A stretch of 64,000 nt of DNA from Puia sp. GTDB lineage: Bacteria > Bacteroidota > Bacteroidia > Chitinophagales > Chitinophagaceae. Positions 1-8,299 of this stretch are shown here, piece by piece. The DNA lies in contig DASRRX010000006.1 of NCBI GenBank assembly GCA_035695565.1, positions 55,459 to 119,458 of the forward strand, given 5' to 3'. Numbering within the stretch: position 1 is the stretch's first letter; every line of letters starts with the position of its first letter. The position numbers were made by a program, and so were the translations under genes. The notes beneath the pieces were generated by a model. The model was not told where the DNA came from, did not search any database, and saw only the letters and a list, made by a program, of their open reading frames with translations.

Positions 1-1067
1 CGGCGCAAGGGCCGGATCTGGTGAAAGACGAGCTGTCTAAAACATTGGCGTTGCCGGCGGATAAGATCAAAGTGCATATTCTTTTCAGCGGCGGCGGTTT
101 TGGCCGGCGTTTATATCCGGACTTTGCAACTGAAGCCGCACATGTCGCCAAGGAGGCAGGCAAACCGGTCAAAGTAGTTTGGACCAGGGAAGACGACACC
201 CAACTCGGGCCTTTCCGGCCGCTTACCTTTTCTGCGATGAAAGCGGGGTTGACGCCGGACGGCAAGCCGGTTGCCTTTCAACATAAGGTCATCGGGCCGT
301 CCATCGAGTCGACCATGGATGAGAAGAAGGATGAGACGGGGGAAAGCTCGGATATGACGGAAGGGATCAGCACGCAGAAATATGAGCTGCCGAATATGCG
401 GAATGAGTATGTCTATACGCCGATACAGGTTCCGTTGGCGGCATGGCGGTCGGTAACGAGCTCGACGCTGGCGTTTGCACATGAGTGTTTCATCGACGAA
501 ATGGCGGTGAAAGCAGGTAAGGATCCGATGGCTTACCGGTTGGACGTCCTTCTCACCAAAGATTCAGACTGTAAAAAGGTGCTGCAAAAACTGAAGGAAG
601 TTTCCGGGTGGGACAAGCCCTTACCGGCCGGCTGGGGCCGGGGAGTAGCGCAGTATGAATTCTTCGCCGGGCTTGCGGGGTATGTTGTCGTCGTTTCGAG
701 CCAGGGCAGCGGAGTAAAGATCGAAAAGGTATATTCGGTGATCGATCTGGGGACCGTCGTCAATCCTAACATGACGGCGCTACAAATAGAGGGCGCAGCC
801 ACGATGGCGCTTACCGCAGCCATTAAGAATGGGATCACCTTTAAAAACGGACAAACCGAGCAAACGAATTTCCACAATAACCCAATAGTTCGCATCAACG
901 AAATGCCGCCGGTCGAAGTGCATATTCTGGCAGACGGCGGAAAGGAAATCAAAGGGGTCGGCGAGCCGGGAATACCGCCGTTTGCACCCGCGCTGGCGAA
1001 TGCGATTTATGCGGCCACCGGGAAAAGGGTGCGGCGGATGCCATTTGATCTCAATAAAATAGCGTGA
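1..1067 (+). CDS. Xanthine dehydrogenase/isoquinoline 1-oxidoreductase beta-type molybdopterin-binding subunit, 5'-truncated by window edge
   Basis: Frame open from base 3 (AQGPDLVKDEL...). Motifs SGGGFGRR, AWRSV, DLGTVVNP..QIEG and GVGEPGIPPFAPALANAI are typical of IorB-like Mo-hydroxylase large subunits. Confidence 0.9.
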   Translation, partial: AQGPDLVKDELSKTLALPADKIKVHILFSGGGFGRRLYPDFATEAAHVAKEAGKPVKVVWTREDDTQLGPFRPLTFSAMKAGLTPDGKPVAFQHKVIGPSIESTMDEKKDETGESSDMTEGISTQKYELPNMRNEYVYTPIQVPLAAWRSVTSSTLAFAHECFIDEMAVKAGKDPMAYRLDVLLTKDSDCKKVLQKLKEVSGWDKPLPAGWGRGVAQYEFFAGLAGYVVVVSSQGSGVKIEKVYSVIDLGTVVNPNMTALQIEGAATMALTAAIKNGITFKNGQTEQTNFHNNPIVRINEMPPVEVHILADGGKEIKGVGEPGIPPFAPALANAIYAATGKRVRRMPFDLNKIA

Positions 1068-1069
1068 TA

Positions 1070-3163
1070 CTATAGGAGTTTATCCGGCGTGATAGGCAGG
1101 TCGCGAATGCGTTTGCCGGTCGCGTGATAGACGGCATTGGCGATACCGGCGGTCAGGCCGATCAAACTCACTTCGCCGAGGCCTTTGGCGCCCATAGGAT
1201 CGATGATGGGGTCGGGCTGATCGATAAAAAGGATATCTGCTTCCGGAAAGTCGGCATGTACGGGAACATGATAGTCGGCGAGGTTGTTGTTGACATACCG
1301 GCCCCAGCGATGATCGACCATTCCTGCTTCCATCAAGGCGATCCCGATCCCCCAGGTCATCCCGCCAAGTACCTGGCTGTGGGCGGTCTTGTGGTTGATA
1401 ACCCGTCCGGCGTCGATACAGGTGACGATGCGGGTAACACGGGTTTCGCCGGTTGTCTCGTTGACTTCGACCTCGACAAAATGGACGGAGAAGGATTTCC
1501 CGGAATAGTTTTCCATGGCCGGATCAGGCTTTGATTCAGCGGTAAATGAAAGCTCGGTCAGGCCGCGTTGCTGTAACGTTGCCGGGTAATCGCCGGCTTT
1601 GCCGGCGCCGAGCTTTTCCCTGAGCCCCTTTGCGGCGTCATACACCGCAGATCCGGTGGAGGCGGTCGTATGGGATCCATATTGAGGTGGAGCAGGAGGC
1701 AGGTCGGCGTCGGCCCATTCTATCCGGACCTGCTCCATCGGAACGCCGAGGACATCGGCGGCGATCTGCGACAAGATGGTGATCGATCCCGGGCCGGTAT
1801 CAGCCACCGAACATCGGACGGTTGCATGCCCGTCGGCATATATCGTGACGCTAGCCGATGCCGGAGCACGCTCGGCTTTATAGATGCCCACGCTCATCCC
1901 CCACCCTACCAGCTTTTGCCCCCGGCGGACAGACCGCGGCGTCGGGTTGCGCTTCGACCAACCAAACTTCTCCGCACCAATGGAATAGCATTCCAGCAAA
2001 TGATTGCTGGACCAGGGTTTGCCGGTAAAGGCATCGGCGGTGGCAAAGTTGCGGCGCCGTAGTTCCAACGGGTCTATTCCAAGCGCATAAGATAATTCAT
2101 CGATCGCGGATTCCAGTGCAAAGCTGCCGCTGGTCTCGCCGGGCCCGCGCGTCGGACAGGGCGTACTCATATCCAACGGCACCAACTTATAGGTCGTGGT
2201 CATGTTCGGGCAGGAATACATGGACTTCGTCGGGTCGAGGATGCGTTCGGTGAATTGCTCATATCTGGAGGTACTACCGCAGGCTTCGTGACTGATGGCG
2301 ATGATGGTCCCGTCGTGTTGCGCGCCAATAGCCACCCGCTGGATCGAATATGGCCGATAGCCCACCATGTTGAAGACCTGGCTTCGTTGCAAGGCTACGC
2401 ACACGGGCCGGCCGGTCTTCTTTGCGCCCATGACGGCCATCATTTCCTGTGGCCACATCCGGGATGAACTGCCAAAAGCGCCGCCAACATACGGTGAGCT
2501 GACCTTGACATTCTCTTCCTTCAGCTGAAAATATCTTGCAAAGAGCTGACGCGTCGTCTTGACGCCCTGGGATTTATTAAAGATATAAAGGTGGTCGTCG
2601 CCTTCCCAATATGCGGTGGTAGCATGTGGTTCCATGGGGTTGTGTACCTGCAGGGGGGTATGATATTCCTGCTGGATGCGGACCGGTGCATTCTGCAAGG
2701 CGGTTATATCTCCCCGCGAGTAATCAAGGGGATGCTCCGGCCGGATGGCGGTCGGGAGTGCGGCTAAAAAATCGGTCTGGCGGTCTTCTTCCTTGTACTG
2801 CACCCGAACGAATCCGGCAGCATATTCCGCCTGTTCGATCGTCTCTGCGATGACCATGGCGACCGGCTGGCCGGCGAAATGAATGTTGTCGTCTATGAAG
2901 GGTTTGAAGTCCGGGCTGGTGTTGTTGGCCAGCGTCGGCGCGTTGAGGTGGGTCAGGATAAAGATCACACCGGTAGCTTTTGCCGCCTGGGCGGTATCGA
3001 TGGCGGCGATCCGGGCTTTCGCAATGGGGCTGGTGATCACCGAGCCATAGGCCAATCTATTTAGCGGGTAATCTGCTGCATAGTTTGCGCGGCCGGTCAC
3101 TTTCGCCCGGCCCTCTACCCTGTCGACGGGCTTGCCAATAGATGTGTCGGGCGGGTTTGCCAT
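1070..3163 (-). CDS. Xanthine dehydrogenase family molybdopterin-binding subunit (YagR/PaoC-like)
   Basis: IGKPVDRVEGRAKVTG N-terminus, HNPMEPH, YVGGAFGSS, RGPGE, AKGLGEV, RIRDLPITPDKLL C-terminus; 697 aa. Confidence 0.92.
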   Translation of the reverse strand: MANPPDTSIGKPVDRVEGRAKVTGRANYAADYPLNRLAYGSVITSPIAKARIAAIDTAQAAKATGVIFILTHLNAPTLANNTSPDFKPFIDDNIHFAGQPVAMVIAETIEQAEYAAGFVRVQYKEEDRQTDFLAALPTAIRPEHPLDYSRGDITALQNAPVRIQQEYHTPLQVHNPMEPHATTAYWEGDDHLYIFNKSQGVKTTRQLFARYFQLKEENVKVSSPYVGGAFGSSSRMWPQEMMAVMGAKKTGRPVCVALQRSQVFNMVGYRPYSIQRVAIGAQHDGTIIAISHEACGSTSRYEQFTERILDPTKSMYSCPNMTTTYKLVPLDMSTPCPTRGPGETSGSFALESAIDELSYALGIDPLELRRRNFATADAFTGKPWSSNHLLECYSIGAEKFGWSKRNPTPRSVRRGQKLVGWGMSVGIYKAERAPASASVTIYADGHATVRCSVADTGPGSITILSQIAADVLGVPMEQVRIEWADADLPPAPPQYGSHTTASTGSAVYDAAKGLREKLGAGKAGDYPATLQQRGLTELSFTAESKPDPAMENYSGKSFSVHFVEVEVNETTGETRVTRIVTCIDAGRVINHKTAHSQVLGGMTWGIGIALMEAGMVDHRWGRYVNNNLADYHVPVHADFPEADILFIDQPDPIIDPMGAKGLGEVSLIGLTAGIANAVYHATGKRIRDLPITPDKLL

Positions 3164-3244
3164 GGTAATAACACTTAAAAAATCATGCCTGCGGATGAAC
3201 GGCGGACTCTCCGGTAAAAGGTAGTGAAAAAATTGGTTAAAGGG

Positions 3245-6200
3245 TTATTGTTTAATCAATTTCAACGTTCGTCTCCAGTTACCGACCGTGGCGACCAGGA
3301 AGTAGTCTCCGGGTTGCAGGCCTTCGAGTGACAATGGCGTATCCAGCTCGGTGGTCGTCTTGGTGATCACGAATTCCCTGACCAGCACGCCGCCGGCGGT
3401 GATAATGTCGACCTTCATCCGGCCGGTAACCGGATTGTTGACGTGCAGCTCAAAGGAGCCTCTGGTTGGGTTGGGATATACGGCCAGCGGTTGATTGTAT
3501 ATCGAACCGGTGTCCTGCGTAATGACCGGCGCGAAGCTGGTGACTTCGGTTGGGCCGACGGCCGCGGGGTTTACCACCGTCTTTTCGGTTATCGTGAACG
3601 CGTTGATGTAATCATAGTATTGGCCATGTGTCAGCTTGACGACGATCGTGCCGCCCGACGCAGGGGTCAGGTTGTCAAAGGTGGCGACGGACGAAGTATT
3701 GTTGTTGGTGGAGATCGTGACACTCGATCCGCCGACGCTGAAGATCGTCGTCTGGTTCGGATTATTGCGGCTCGCGTAGAAGTCGATCCTGTAGAGTTTC
3801 GTGCTGTCGAGACCGCTCAGGGTGAGGGTCCGGCCGCCGGAACTGGAATAATAGCTGGGATAGCGGGCCGCCTGCTGCGGGCACATTGTTACGGTATAGC
3901 TGGGGCCGTTGTCGGTGACGGCGGTCTGTGTGGATAGAACCGTAGAAATGTTGGAAGCCGTCCCATCCGAATATTTGAATTTACCCGAGGTCAGGATGGT
4001 GCCGCCGAGGTTCCAGGCATTCCATGCGCTATTGTTATAGGGGTTGCTGAACCCATAGATGGCTACATTGATCACCTTATTCTGAGTCTGCGGAGCGGGG
4101 TTGACAATAACATTGACCGTATCCGCGGCGGTCGCGCCCAGGCTGTCCGTCACCGTTAGTACGAAACTGTACGTTCCGGCGATTGCCAGGCCGGTGATAT
4201 TTGTAGTGTCGGATTTGGGGCTGCCGATGGTTGCCGTGCTACCCGCGGCCTGGGTCCAGGCGACGGAAACAATCTTGCCGCCTGTCTCGCCGGCGACGCC
4301 ATCCAGCGTAACGGTTGTCGTCGGTAAGGTGATCGTCTTATCGGGGCCTGCGTTGGCTTTTGGAACGGGTGGCGGGGGTGGTGTGCCCGACCCGTTGACG
4401 GTCACGGTGATGATGGCGCTGGATGCGAGCTTGTACTGGCCGAAGGCGCCCATCGTGAATTTGTGAACACCGCTATCCAGCCGGCTTACGGCGGTGGTCG
4501 TGGCCAGCGGGGTGGCGATCACGGAGGTATCCGACACCAGATATTTGAAAGGATTTGTCGCTTCGATGATAGCGGCCAGTTGTGCATGGGCCGCGGAGCT
4601 GAGATGGATGCCGTCGCCCGCGGAATATTGCGGCAGCACGGTGTAGGTGCCGGGATAGACCATTGGGGTCATGAAGTCCACGCAGAACTCGCCAAACCGG
4701 TTGAGCAGCGAGTCGCGGATGACCAGCAGCTGCGCCTGGTCGGCGGAATCGAAGGAAGAAGTCCGGGGTTGGGTCGTAGTGATGTAACAGCGCACGCCGG
4801 CGGCGTTGGCGGCGTCAAAGATGTTCTGGTGCGCGGCCATGATCTCGGGGATGGTCAATTGACCGATCTCGTATTCATTGGATGGGTAGCCGACGATCAG
4901 CACGTCGATACCTTTGGCCAGAGCGGCGGTGACGTTTGCCGTCGAGTCATACTGATTGGGTGCGGAGCCGGGAGAGACAAAGTTGGCCGTCACGCCGTTG
5001 TAGACGGTAGATCCGCCAACCGCGAGGTTGTAGACGGTATCGATGATACCATTGGCCTGATAGTAGCGTTTGATCCGGTTGACGAGCGAACTGTCGATAT
5101 TGGTTGGTCCGGTTCCAAACATGGTCGAGGAGCCAATGACGCCGATGTGCATGATCCGCTGGCCCGGCGCGGAGAGTTTTGTCCAGTGCTCTGCTGTGAT
5201 CAGGTTGGACTGCGCGGTGACGGTGGAAGTCAGCATCGTCGTGGAAGTAGTTATCGTCTGGTTGGAGCCCACGGTTACTACCGGCGGCAGGGGAATAGAC
5301 GGGGAGCTGACGGTAATGACAACGGTATCCTTGCCGGTCTGACTGCTGTCGTCGGTGACCTGCAGCTGGACCGTGTATGTACCTGCAACAAGGCTGGTCA
5401 GGTTGGTGATCACGGAGTCGGGAGACGTGAGGGTGTCACCGGCGGGTCCGGATAGGACGGTCCATTGATAGGAGACGATCGAATCCTTGCTGGTGCTGGC
5501 CGAGCCATTCAGGGTGACAGAGTTGACGGGCAAAGTGATCGTCTGATTTGGGCCGGCGTTCGCTACGGGTGGTGGTGGGGGTACAGCGGGGTTGACGGTG
5601 ATCTGAACCGTGTCGCGGCCTGTCTGGCTGCTATCGTCGGCGACTTGCAACTGGACGGTATAGATGCCTGCGGTCAGGCCGGTAAATGTCGTGATCACGG
5701 AATCCGGTGTCGTCAGGGCGCCACCATTGCCGGCGAGAACGGTCCATTGATAATTGACGATAGAATCCTTTCCCGTGCTGGCCGAGCCATTGAGCGTGAC
5801 TGAGTTGACGGGCAAAGTGATCACCTGGTCGGCGCCGGCATGAGCGACAGGGGCCGGGGGAGCCAGTGCGTGGTTAACGGTGATCTGAACCGTATCGGTG
5901 CTTGTATGATTGGTGATGTCTGATACGGTCAATCCAACAAGATAGACCCCTGTGGTGAGGTTATCCAGCTCTGTTTTTGCCGATGTGGAGCTGGTAAGCG
6001 CGCCGCCGGCCGGACCTGTAAGAACGGTCCATTGATAAGTAAGGAATGAGCCGGTGCTGGTGGAACCATCGAGGGCCACGGAGTCCAGCGGCAGAGTGAT
6101 CGTCTGGTCGGCGCCGGCATGGGCGACAGGTAGCGGAGCGGCGTTGACGGTGATCTTGACCGTATCAAGCCCAATATGATTGCTGTCGTCGGTTACTTTT

Positions 6201-8032
6201 AGCTGGACACTATAAACGCCGGCGGCCAGACCGGTCAATGTAGTCTTCGAGAGTGTCGGGGTTTCAAGTACACCCGGGCTGCCGCTGAGGATCGTCCATT
6301 GATAGCCGATGATCGGGTTGGCCCCGGTGCTGGCGGATCCGTTAAGCGTAACCGAGTCCAGGGGGAGGGCGATCGTCTGATCAGGGCCCGCGTTGGCGAC
6401 CGGCGGAGCATTGGAGATGATGGTCTTCTCGGTTATGGTAAAGCCGTTGAGATAGTCATAATATTGGCCGTGAGTAAGGGTAACGACGATCTTACCGGAG
6501 ACCGGTTTGAGATTGTCGATCGTTCCGACCGCGCTGGTGTTGTTGTTGGTCGAGACGGTAACGCTGGTGCCGGCGGTGGCAAATGTCGTAGTCTGCGAGG
6601 GGTTGTTGCGGGACGCATAGAAATCGAGCCGGTAGAGTTTTGTGCTGTCCAGACCGGTGATAGTCAGCGTGCGGCCGCCGGAACCCGAGTAGTAGCTGGT
6701 GTAGCGGGCCGCCAGTTGCGGGCACATCGTAACGCTATAGTTGGGGCCGTTGTCGACGACAGCGGTCTGTGTGGATAAGACAGCCGACAGATTGGAGGGA
6801 GTCCCGTCCGAGTAATTGAATTTGCTTGCGGTCAGGCTGCTACCCGCGTTCCAGCCATTCCAGGCGGTATTGACGTAGGGGTTGCTGGAAGTATAAAGAT
6901 TGACGTTGATAAGCCGGTTGCCGCCGGTGGGTGGCGGGAAGACGGCGATCTGGACGTTGGAGCTCACCGTAAGGCTACGGCTGTCCGTCACGGAGAGAGT
7001 GAAAATATAGATTCCCGATTGGGTCAGGCCGGACACGGCGGTGGTATAGCCGGTGGGGGAAGCGATAACGGGCGTCGTTGGGCCGCTGACAAATGTCCAG
7101 ACATGGGAGGTGATCGTGCCAAGGCTGTCGGTGGCCGATCCGGTCAGTGTGTCCGTGGAAGCCGGCAGGGTGATGGCCGCGGGGGTGCCGACGGTAATGA
7201 CAGGAGGCACATTGGCGGTGGTCGCCAGCCGCGTGTATTGCAACATCCATTGGTAGATGTTCATTTTATTCACGCTGAGAGTTGGCGAGTAGGTAGCGGT
7301 CCAGGCGTCGTGGACATTGTTGTGAAATATGGTCTCCATTGCCGGCGGAACGGGAGCCGGAGGCTCATTGATATAAGCTATTTCCTGTTCGGTATAGGCG
7401 GCAGGGACCTCGGGGTCCTGGTCGTTGTGGGTAGCCCATACCGGCAGATTCGAAGCGGCGATGATGCGACCTCTGGTAAGGTCGGGCGTCACGTCGCCGC
7501 AGACGGGGACGATGGCTGCCAGGCGGTTGGCATAGGCAGCCTGATTGCCGGCATAGAGCCAGGTAACGCCCCCGCCCATGCTGAGACCGGTAAGGTAAAT
7601 GCGGGTAGTGTCGACCTTATAGTTGGCGAGACAATAATTGATGAGGGTATTGACATCAGTGACGCTGGGTTGGACCTTCCACTGGGGTCCGATCATAATG
7701 AATCCGAAGGTCTTGCCGTTGACGGTGACCTGGGAGGGGAAGCTATCCAGGCTGATCTCTTCCGGAGGACCGCTTCGCAGCATCAACGGCATGGTGGATG
7801 CGGTGCCGGCGCCAAGGTCCCCTGCACCATGGATATAGACCATCAATGGATATCTGACGGTGTCGTTGGGGTTGTAGCCTTGCGGCAGATACTCGTAATA
7901 AGCATTTGTGTTGGACGTGATCGACTTGAACCGGGCTGTCATAACCTGGCCGGTGACGGTCAGGAAGAGGGACTGGAGTAGAACGATTATAACGGTTGCT
8001 ACGGCTGTGCGATACCGACAGAACTTTGGCAT
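3245..8032 (-). CDS. T9SS-secreted multidomain protein: alpha/beta-hydrolase esterase, PKD repeats, duplicated unknown domain, SGNH hydrolase, T9SS C-terminal domain
   Basis: Signal peptide (start ATG 8032 or TTG 8050). Nucleophile elbow TGLSMGG, then HNDQD and H-D-A-W. Repeated PVA(N/H)AGxDQTITLP...GxY.VQL.VTD PKD units. GSS/PSNE/DGIH SGNH blocks. VYPNP...LKLIKQ type-A CTD. Confidence 0.85.
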   Translation of the reverse strand: MPKFCRYRTAVATVIIVLLQSLFLTVTGQVMTARFKSITSNTNAYYEYLPQGYNPNDTVRYPLMVYIHGAGDLGAGTASTMPLMLRSGPPEEISLDSFPSQVTVNGKTFGFIMIGPQWKVQPSVTDVNTLINYCLANYKVDTTRIYLTGLSMGGGVTWLYAGNQAAYANRLAAIVPVCGDVTPDLTRGRIIAASNLPVWATHNDQDPEVPAAYTEQEIAYINEPPAPVPPAMETIFHNNVHDAWTATYSPTLSVNKMNIYQWMLQYTRLATTANVPPVITVGTPAAITLPASTDTLTGSATDSLGTITSHVWTFVSGPTTPVIASPTGYTTAVSGLTQSGIYIFTLSVTDSRSLTVSSNVQIAVFPPPTGGNRLINVNLYTSSNPYVNTAWNGWNAGSSLTASKFNYSDGTPSNLSAVLSTQTAVVDNGPNYSVTMCPQLAARYTSYYSGSGGRTLTITGLDSTKLYRLDFYASRNNPSQTTTFATAGTSVTVSTNNNTSAVGTIDNLKPVSGKIVVTLTHGQYYDYLNGFTITEKTIISNAPPVANAGPDQTIALPLDSVTLNGSASTGANPIIGYQWTILSGSPGVLETPTLSKTTLTGLAAGVYSVQLKVTDDSNHIGLDTVKITVNAAPLPVAHAGADQTITLPLDSVALDGSTSTGSFLTYQWTVLTGPAGGALTSSTSAKTELDNLTTGVYLVGLTVSDITNHTSTDTVQITVNHALAPPAPVAHAGADQVITLPVNSVTLNGSASTGKDSIVNYQWTVLAGNGGALTTPDSVITTFTGLTAGIYTVQLQVADDSSQTGRDTVQITVNPAVPPPPPVANAGPNQTITLPVNSVTLNGSASTSKDSIVSYQWTVLSGPAGDTLTSPDSVITNLTSLVAGTYTVQLQVTDDSSQTGKDTVVITVSSPSIPLPPVVTVGSNQTITTSTTMLTSTVTAQSNLITAEHWTKLSAPGQRIMHIGVIGSSTMFGTGPTNIDSSLVNRIKRYYQANGIIDTVYNLAVGGSTVYNGVTANFVSPGSAPNQYDSTANVTAALAKGIDVLIVGYPSNEYEIGQLTIPEIMAAHQNIFDAANAAGVRCYITTTQPRTSSFDSADQAQLLVIRDSLLNRFGEFCVDFMTPMVYPGTYTVLPQYSAGDGIHLSSAAHAQLAAIIEATNPFKYLVSDTSVIATPLATTTAVSRLDSGVHKFTMGAFGQYKLASSAIITVTVNGSGTPPPPPVPKANAGPDKTITLPTTTVTLDGVAGETGGKIVSVAWTQAAGSTATIGSPKSDTTNITGLAIAGTYSFVLTVTDSLGATAADTVNVIVNPAPQTQNKVINVAIYGFSNPYNNSAWNAWNLGGTILTSGKFKYSDGTASNISTVLSTQTAVTDNGPSYTVTMCPQQAARYPSYYSSSGGRTLTLSGLDSTKLYRIDFYASRNNPNQTTIFSVGGSSVTISTNNNTSSVATFDNLTPASGGTIVVKLTHGQYYDYINAFTITEKTVVNPAAVGPTEVTSFAPVITQDTGSIYNQPLAVYPNPTRGSFELHVNNPVTGRMKVDIITAGGVLVREFVITKTTTELDTPLSLEGLQPGDYFLVATVGNWRRTLKLIKQ
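3580..6920 (-). repeat. Intragenic duplication of a ~145-aa domain (copies at ~6430-6920 and ~3580-4060)
   Basis: INVNLYTSSNPYVNTAWNGWN...YYDYLNGFTITEK vs INVAIYGFSNPYNNSAWNAWN...YYDYINAFTITEK. Similarity is also visible at DNA level. Confidence 0.9.
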
Positions 8033-8299
8033 ACGGGGTTTAGTTGACAATTAGAATAAGAAAAATAGGGTCTTTTGATCCCTGAGGTAAAGCGGGAAGG
8101 CTAATAGGTAAGACAGATAATTAGTAAGGAAGCAGAGAAGCAATGCTATGGCAAGCAAAAGAAGGGAAGATCATTTTCGCGACTGCAAGCTAAGTAAAAA
8201 AAATGGAACAATACAACCACTGGGATAAATGAATTTTTTTGGGGAAAAAGTGAGCAGTTCGCCGGTTAAAATAAGGCTTTCACCGATGGTTGGCGGGGA

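Noticed and set aside
4463-7981. Long + strand ORFs (4463-5455, 7019-7981) and similar antisense ORFs elsewhere (50863-51948, 52747-53670, 44529-45449)
   Set aside because: Shadow frames of GC-rich genes on the opposite strand, with no recognisable motifs.
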